A DNA stretch of 64,000 nucleotides from Octopus vulgaris. Its lineage: Eukaryota. Below are positions 56,764-64,000 of this stretch, one piece after another. The stretch covers positions 10,788,001-10,852,000 of the forward strand of contig OX597827.1 in NCBI GenBank assembly GCA_951406725.2, written 5' to 3'. The notes under the pieces are model-generated. The model was given only the letters and a program-made list of their open reading frames with translations, made no database searches and had not been told where the DNA came from. A program made the position numbers and the translations under genes. Positions within the stretch are counted from its first letter, which is position 1; every line of letters starts with the position of its first letter.

Positions 56764-57214
56764 AATATAAATAATATAAATATAAATAATATAAATATAA
56801 ATAATATAAATATAAAGAATTTTTTCTGAAAAAATTTACAGATTTTTTCTCTTATGAGGTTTTTCACGCTATCTACCTGATAATTTCTTATGAAGATTTT
56901 ATCCTATTTTTAAATTTTAAATTTATATACATATATATATAACACAAGGTACATATAATGGTTTTTTTACACACATTTTATTTATATCTTGTTTTGTATG
57001 TGTAAAAGACCAGTCTAGGTGAGACTGTAACATAGAATGATAATGAATTATAACCCCGAACCCTGCCATAAATTTACGTGGAGTTCTTTACTAATCTAAA
57101 AGATGTATTAGCTTGCTGTATTTGTAACAACAGAGATACTGTAAAGTATTTTGCCTGGATTGAGAATCCTCTATGAATAACCTTATGCATATGTATATAT
57201 ATATGTATATGTGC

Positions 57215-57247
<33 letters not shown>

Positions 57248-57248
57248 C

Positions 57249-57290
<42 letters not shown>

Positions 57291-57306
57291 GCATACATAT
57301 ATGTAG

Positions 57307-57358
<52 letters not shown>

Positions 57359-57736
57359 ATGAATATTCTTTTACTTGTTTTAGTCATTTAATTGCTGTCA
57401 CACTGGAGCACTGTCTTAAAGGATTTTAGTCAAGGATTTTAGGACTTATTTTTGTAAGCCTAGTACTTATTCTATCGATCGCTTTTTGCTGAACCACTAA
57501 ATTAGGGGGACATAAACATACCAGCATTGGTTGTCAAATGATGATTGGGGACAAACTCAGACAAGCATAAATATATACATACATACATACATATATATAT
57601 ATATACCGAAGTAAGTACATAAATGTGAAACAAGGTGGAAAAAGGAGTACTCAAATACCAGAGGTAGAGTGATATGCTTTATTTAAAAGCTGCAGAACTA
57701 TAACATTATATAAAAGCAGCAGAAATATATCAAAAT

Positions 57737-57774
57737 CTGTTACTCAGAGTTTCACGTTCCCATTCGTCGGACAG
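57737..57774 (-). ncRNA. Minimal type I hammerhead motif (CCGACGA core variant)
   Basis: cugu-CCGACGA-aug ggaa cgu-GAAA-cuc u gag-UA-acag: 4-bp helix I, 3-bp helix II, palindromic helix III, GUA site. Confidence 0.72.
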
Positions 57775-57789
57775 TTCTGTTCAACAAAA

Positions 57790-57827
57790 CTATCTGACGA
57801 ACGGGAACGTGAAACTCTGACTATCAA
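57790..57827 (+). ncRNA. Second, more decayed hammerhead copy on the opposite arm
   Basis: CUGACGA-acg ggaa cgu-GAAA-cucugac-UA; helices I and III mutated. Confidence 0.55.
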
Positions 57828-57861
57828 CTTTTGTTATATTTCTGCTGCTTTTAAACAATGT

Positions 57862-57904
<43 letters not shown>

Positions 57905-57997
57905 GGATAAAGTCATTATTTAATGATTTATCAGTGCCTAGCATACCAACAAGACCATATTGCTTAATTTATATCTTAGTATAATTATATACTTATA

Positions 57998-58050
<53 letters not shown>

Positions 58051-58094
58051 ACAAATATTTACACATGTATATATGTATATATATAAATATATAT

Positions 58095-58153
<59 letters not shown>

Positions 58154-58332
58154 TGGTGCTGGTGCCATTAAGAAAGCACACAGTACAGTATGTAAACTGG
58201 TTTGCATTAGGAAGGTTATCCAGCCATAAAACCCATGCCAATGTACACAGTAGAACTTGGTGCAGACCGCTGGCGCACAGACTGTGGTTAAACCGTCCGA
58301 CTCATGCTAGCATAGAATACAGATAATAACTG

Positions 58333-58737
58333 AAATAAATGCACCCTTTTAAAGCCTAGTCAGGCTCATGGGCCCGGTTTCCCGGTTTCTATGGCGTATG
58401 TGTTCCCCAGCTGGACGGGATGCCAGTCCATTGCAGCATTACTCATTTTTGCCAGATGAGTAGACTGGAGCAACGTGAAATGAAGTGTTTTGCTCAAGAA
58501 CACGACGCGTCGCCCGGTCCAGGAATCGAAATCACAATCTTACGATTGTATGGGTTCCTCAGCTGGACGGGATGTCAGTCCATCACAGCATTACTTATTT
58601 TTGCCAGGTGAGTGGACTGGAGCAATGCGAAATGAAATGTTTTGCTCGAGAACACAACGCGTTGCCCGGAGCAGGAATCAAAACTACAATCTTACGATCA
58701 TGATGCTGACACTCTAACAACTAAGCCACGTGCCTCC
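58333..58737 (-). mobile_element. SINE family C (Meta-domain-like) with internal tandem duplication, nested in a family E element
   Basis: tRNA-like head; gatggactggcatcccgtccagct-like block twice; imperfect TSD catagaatacagat/cacaggatacagat. Confidence 0.8.
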
Positions 58738-58827
58738 ACAGGATACAGATGTTAAATGATTTTAATAATGGTGATGTTGATGATGATGATGATGAGGAGG
58801 AGGAGGAGGAGGAGGAGGTGTGATATG

Positions 58828-59267
58828 CAGGGTGTGATAGTTATTTAAGAACATATTTAGTAATTTAATAAAACAACTTTATTCTAGCAAATACCTAGCA
58901 AAATTCTAGCAAAATTCTAGCAAATACCTAGCAAAATTCTAGCAAAATTCTAGCAAATACCTAGCAAAATTCTAGCAAAATTCTAGCAAATACCTAGCAA
59001 AATTCTAGCAAAATTCTAGCAAATACCTAGCAAAATTCTAGCAAAATTCTAGCAAATACCTAGCAAAATTCTAGCAAAATTCTAGCAAATACCTAGCAAA
59101 ATTCTAGCAAATACCTAGCAAAATTCTAGCAAAATTCTAGCAAAATTCTAGCAAAATTCTAGCAAAATTCATGCACGTGTTCTTGTTTAGTTTTTTTTTT
59201 GTTTTTTATACAAATATTCTATGAATCCATCTTCAGCTTCTTTGAGTGTGTCAATGTGTGGCCAGAA
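58828..59267 (-). mobile_element. Internally deleted Tc1/mariner remnant hosting a minisatellite
   Basis: cagggtg terminus like the 10884 end; minus-strand HIDTLKEAEDGFIE resembles a DD37D transposase C-terminus. Confidence 0.45.
58881..59170. repeat. 11-bp minisatellite, 26 units, with 33-bp higher-order period
   Basis: A=attctagcaaa, B=tacctagcaaa; order A (BAA)x6 BA BAAAA. Confidence 0.97.
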
Positions 59268-59630
59268 TTTGCCGACGTGCTTGCACTAGTTGGTACTTAA
59301 TCATTTCAGATATTACCTGAAGGATGACGGCCTTCAATGAAGGTACGGTATTGTCGTCGGAATGATATTATCGATATGATGATGATAAGGAGGAAGAAGA
59401 AGTGAAAGAGAAAATAAAGAATGATAATGACAATAATGATAAACGGAGATGACTGATTATTATGGAATGTGACTTATTTCATCATATTTTCTCGTCACTA
59501 ATTCTGCTTGGGTGCTGAAGTCTACGCTTTACTGAGGCATCTTGATATAAATAAAATGCGAATGGAGTTGTCTCCCATACTAAAAATAATTAATATCAGC
59601 TTGACCCATGGTTTTTTTTTTCTTCTTTTT

Positions 59631-60017
59631 TCTTTTACTCGTTTCAGTTATTTGACTGCGGCCATGCTGGAGCACCGCCTTTAGTCGAGCAAATCGACCC
59701 CGGGACTTATTCTTTGTAAGCCCAGTACTTATTCTATCGGTCTCTTTTTGCCGAACCACAAAGTGACGGGGATGTAAACACACCAGCATCGGTTGTCAAG
59801 CAATGCTAGAGGGACAAACACAGACACACAAACGCACATACATATATATATATACATATATACGACAGGCTTCTTTCAGTTTCCGTCTACCAAATCCACT
59901 CACAAGGCATTGGTCGGCCCGGGGCTATAGTAGAAGACACTTACCCAAGGTACCACGCAGTGGGACTGAACCCGGAACCATGTGGTTGGTTAGCAAGCTA
60001 CTTACCACACAGCCACT
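59631..60017 (-). mobile_element. SINE family A, young copy
   Basis: Near-identical to 21909-22334. Confidence 0.9.
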
Positions 60018-60064
60018 TGGTGTTTAATAAATTTCTTTACTCTTATTTCAATATTTTTTTTCTT

Positions 60065-60357
60065 TTGTTCTTTTGCTTGTTTCAGTCATTTCACTGCAGC
60101 CATGCTAGAGCACTGCTTTAAGGGGTTTTAAGAGAAGAAATCAACCCCAGGGTTTATTCTTTGTAAGCCCAGTGCAATACTTATTCTATTCATCTCTTTC
60201 ACTGAACTGCTAAGTTATGAGGATGTAAACATACCAACATTGGTTGTCAAGTGATGGTGAGAAGACAAACACAGACACAAAGACACACATGAATATATAC
60301 AAATATACATATACATATATACATATATATACATATATATACATACATATATACATG

Positions 60358-60411
<54 letters not shown>

Positions 60412-60570
60412 AATATGACAGGCTTCTTTCAGATTCTGTCTACTAAATCCACTCACAAGGCTTTGGTCAGCTTGAGGCTATAGTAGAAGATACTTGCCCA
60501 AGGTGCCGAACAGTAGAACTGAACCTGGAATTATGTGGTTGGGAAACAAGTTTCTTACCACACACCCACA
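60065..60570 (-). mobile_element. SINE family A, diverged
   Basis: Homology to 15000-15420. Confidence 0.85.
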
Positions 60571-60697
60571 AAGAAACAAATTAGGATTTAGAAAACTATG
60601 AGTTAGTTACAATTGAATGCACTGTCTTCTTCAGCCACATCATTTTAGTTTAATTATGAGGATACAGTTTGTGTTAATTGTGGAATATACATAAATA

Positions 60698-61125
60698 GGT
60701 GTAGCAGTGGCTGTGTGGTAAGTAGCTTGCTTACCAACCACATGGTTCCGGGTTCAGTCCCACTGCGTGGCACCTTGGGCAAGTGTTTTCAACTATAGCC
60801 TCGGGCCGACCAAATCCTTGTGAGTGGATTTGGTAGATGGAAACTGGAAGAAGCCCATCGTATATATGTATATATATATATATTTATATGTGTGTGTTTA
60901 TATGTTTGTGTGTCTTTGTTTGTCCCCACAACATCACTTGACAACCGATGCTGGTGTGTTTACATCCCCGTAACTTAGTGGTTCGGCAAAAGAGACCGAT
61001 AGAATAAGTACTGGGCTTACAAAAGAATAAGTCCTGGGGTTGACTAGCTCGACTAAAGGCGCTGCTCCAGCATGGCCACAGTCAAATGACTGAAACAAGT
61101 AAAAGAGTAAAGAGTAAAGAGTAAA
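60698..61125 (+). mobile_element. SINE family A
   Basis: Homology to 15000-15420; (gagtaaa)n tail. Confidence 0.9.
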
Positions 61126-61404
61126 CATGTGTACACTCAGATATGTATTATCATCATGATCATCATAATCATTATAACCATCACTGTCTTCGATATCATC
61201 ACCATCATCATCATCATCATCGTCACCATACGATTATGACCACCATGACTACAACCCCTTTTGACCGTAGTCTAAGGTATTGGCGGTAATCTAATGAGAA
61301 ATAGCAGCAATAGTTCTTAGTTTGTTATAAATCCTTTTCAATTCTTGGATACTTAATAGAAATATCTATTCAACCACAGTGCTTGACTGGTACTTTCTTT
61401 TATT

Positions 61405-61422
61405 ACCACTGCCACCACCACC

Positions 61423-61456
<34 letters not shown>

Positions 61457-62460
61457 CTAGTGCCATCGTCACAACTTCCACCCCCCCCCACCACAAACAC
61501 CACCATCACCGCCACCACCACTACCACCACCACCACCACTACCGCCACCACCACCACCACCACCACCATCACCAACAACAACAACAACGACAACAACAAC
61601 GACAACAACAACAACAACACTAGTGCCATCGTCACAACTTCCACCACCCCACCACAAACACCACCATCACCGCCGCCACCACTACTACCACCACCACCAC
61701 CGTCACTACCACCACCACCAACAACAACAACAACACTAGTGCCATCGTCACAACTTCCCCCACCCCACCACAAACACCACCATCACCGCCGCCACCACTA
61801 CTACCACCACCACCACCGCCACTACCACCACCATCAACAACAACAACAACAGCAGCAACAAAAGCAACAACAACAACACTAGCACCATCATCACAACTTC
61901 CACCACCCCACCACAAACACCACCATCACCGCCACCACCACTACCACCACCACCACCACTACCGCCACCACCACCACCACCACCACCATCACCAACAACA
62001 ACAACAACGACAACAACAACAACAACACTAGTGCCATCGTCACAACTTCCACCACCCCACCACAAACACCACCATCACCGCCGCCACCACTACTACCACC
62101 ACCACCACTACCACCACCACCACCACCAACAACAACACTAGTGCCATCGTCACAACTTCCCCCACCCCACCACAAACACCACCATCACCACCACCACCAC
62201 TACTACCACCACCACCGTCACTACCACCACCACCACCAACAACAACAACACTAGTGCCATCGTCACAACTTCCCCCACCCCACCACAAACACCACCATCA
62301 CCACCACCACCACTACTACCACCACCACCACCACCGCCACTACCACCACCATCAACAACAACAACAACAGCAGCAGCAACAAAAGCAACAACAACAACAC
62401 TAGCACCATCGTCACAACATCCACCACCCCACCACAAACACCACCATCACCACTACTGTT
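61405..62460. repeat. Compound minisatellite: 8 anchors separated by variable (CCA)n(CAA)n tracts
   Basis: Anchor acactagtgccatcgtcacaacttcc(a/c)caccccaccacaaacaccaccatcacc recurs every ~110-160 bp. Confidence 0.95.
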
Positions 62461-63481
62461 GCCACCGCCTGTGCTGCCACCACCTCTGGAAGGATGGATG
62501 AATGGCTCAGTTGATCTCAGAACTTGAAGAGTTGTAGCTAAACATTGCAGACATTTCGTCTGATATTCTAATGATTCTGCCAATTCAATGTTTCCATTGA
62601 CAATTGTTGTTTTATATTCATTCTCCTACGCTAGAGCAAAGTGAATAGATCAATCAAACACAATCTCTAAGTCTTCTATCACATTGTTTGTGATGGGGAC
62701 CCACACTCTCACCCGATCCCATTGCATCCCCACCACAGTTCTCTCTGAACGTAACTAACCAATTTCATGCCAAGTGTTCCTTTGTCTACCTTTAACTACC
62801 ATCAACACAGACATTTTTCATTCGTAATTTTTCATGATGTTTCAGCTATTTGCATTACTTATCCAAGTTGGTGCATAAAACAACTAGAGTTTGTTGCTCA
62901 TATATTTTACGAGTAATTAAAATTATAGAACTGCTTGGTATCAGATAAATTACAGATAGTAAAATGTATGATTCATCATAGACATATTATTTATCATAAT
63001 CAAATGTTATAGGTAAATCAAAGAAAATTTATGTGCACTTTCCATGTTATAGAAGCCATACCAAATATCTATCTTTTATTTCTTCTTATAAGAAATATTC
63101 TTATTTTTATCGTGTAGAAACAGAGCTAGATGCTTGTGATAACAGAGCAATAAAACTGGTGTTGTTCTAAGAAGACAGTGTCAAAAATGACTGGTATAAA
63201 GCTTGGTATAAATAAGAAGATAAAATAAACTATTATCACACAGCAATGAAATAAGAGTTGCTAATATATAGAGAGAAATATTGGAGAATACCATCAATAA
63301 GTAGAAGCTCCTGACAAGGCAAGTCCTTGACCTGATTTTTATTCTTGGCTGTGGCTATTTCCCATTCATTTGCTTCCCTAATATCATTCAGTAAGATGTG
63401 GGTGAGTTTCTACTCTCGTGGTAGGGGATCATTTTAGTACCAGAGCTGACTTACCAGTGTATAAGAACTTGTGAGGAGATC

Positions 63482-63482
<1 letters not shown>

Positions 63483-63519
<37 letters not shown>

Positions 63520-63801
63520 GTTTAACGTCCGTTTTCCGCACTAGCATGGGTTGGACGGTTCGACCGGGGTCTGGGAAGCCAGGGGCTGCACCAGGCTCCA
63601 GTCTGATCTGGCAGAGTTTCTACAGCTGGATGCCCTTCCTAACGCCAACCACTCCGCGAGTGTAATGGGTGCTTTTTACGTGCCACCTGCACAGGTGCCA
63701 GGGGAGCCTGGCATCGGCCACGATCGGTTGGAGCTTTTAACGTGCCACCGGCACGGAAGCCAGCCAAGGCGGCGCTGGCAACGGCCACGTTCGGATGGTG
63801 C
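63483..63801 (-). mobile_element. Repeat family E, young copy with (GAT)n tail
   Basis: Reverse complement of the 23226/48225 family; three internal units. Confidence 0.8.
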
Positions 63802-64000
63802 TGTACATGCATAAAGCAATGCATGTATACACACATGCATATGCAAATAAGATTCAAACTTAAGACTCCAATTTCTTTATGGGAGATCAATCCACAAGAT
63901 AAAAGCAGGTTATAAGAGGAATCAGGTTGAGTGGATATAGAGGCAATTATGCAGGTAAACAAATTAGATACATCAAATATATCAAATATATTCTTTTCTA

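Larger units (their letters stand above)
57711..57853. repeat. 143-bp imperfect palindrome; inverted pair of Penelope-like pLTR fragments
   Basis: taaaagcagcagaaatata..tcagagtttcacgttccc..tgtt|c|aaca..gggaacgtgaaactctga..tatatttctgctgctttta. Confidence 0.9.

Noticed and set aside
61379-62583. Pro/Thr- or Gly/Val-rich ORFs, and a CRISPR-like repeat-spacer appearance
   Set aside because: The frame changes between units, the spacers are simple trinucleotide repeats rather than unique sequence, there are no cas genes, and the context is eukaryotic

Overview
AT-rich, microsatellite-saturated eukaryotic DNA. The repeat families resemble those of cephalopod (Octopus-like) genomes; that is my inference and is not verified. 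There is no intact protein-coding gene: nearly all ORF-track entries ([16 protein letters not shown] etc.) are translations of simple repeats. Supportable content is at least 5 SINE families in many copies, 3' fragments of two CR1/L2-group LINEs, a decayed DD37D-type Tc1/mariner transposase, four non-autonomous Helitrons, mariner/piggyBac/hAT MITEs and two structured minisatellites. Several unique islands carry minus-strand splice signals and may be 5' or alternative first exons of one very large gene. The most interesting signal is a set of short islands, mostly embedded in (TA)n, that carry minimal type I hammerhead ribozyme (HHR) folds with palindromic helix III, as in Penelope-like retroelements. 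In two unrelated families the HHR lies at the centre of a long inverted repeat (a 424-bp near-perfect palindrome at 15701-16124 and a 143-bp one at 57711-57853), and both carry a CCGANGA core variant. Two further unrelated families share a motif with the HHR core halves in reversed order. All structures were read by eye and none was computed.
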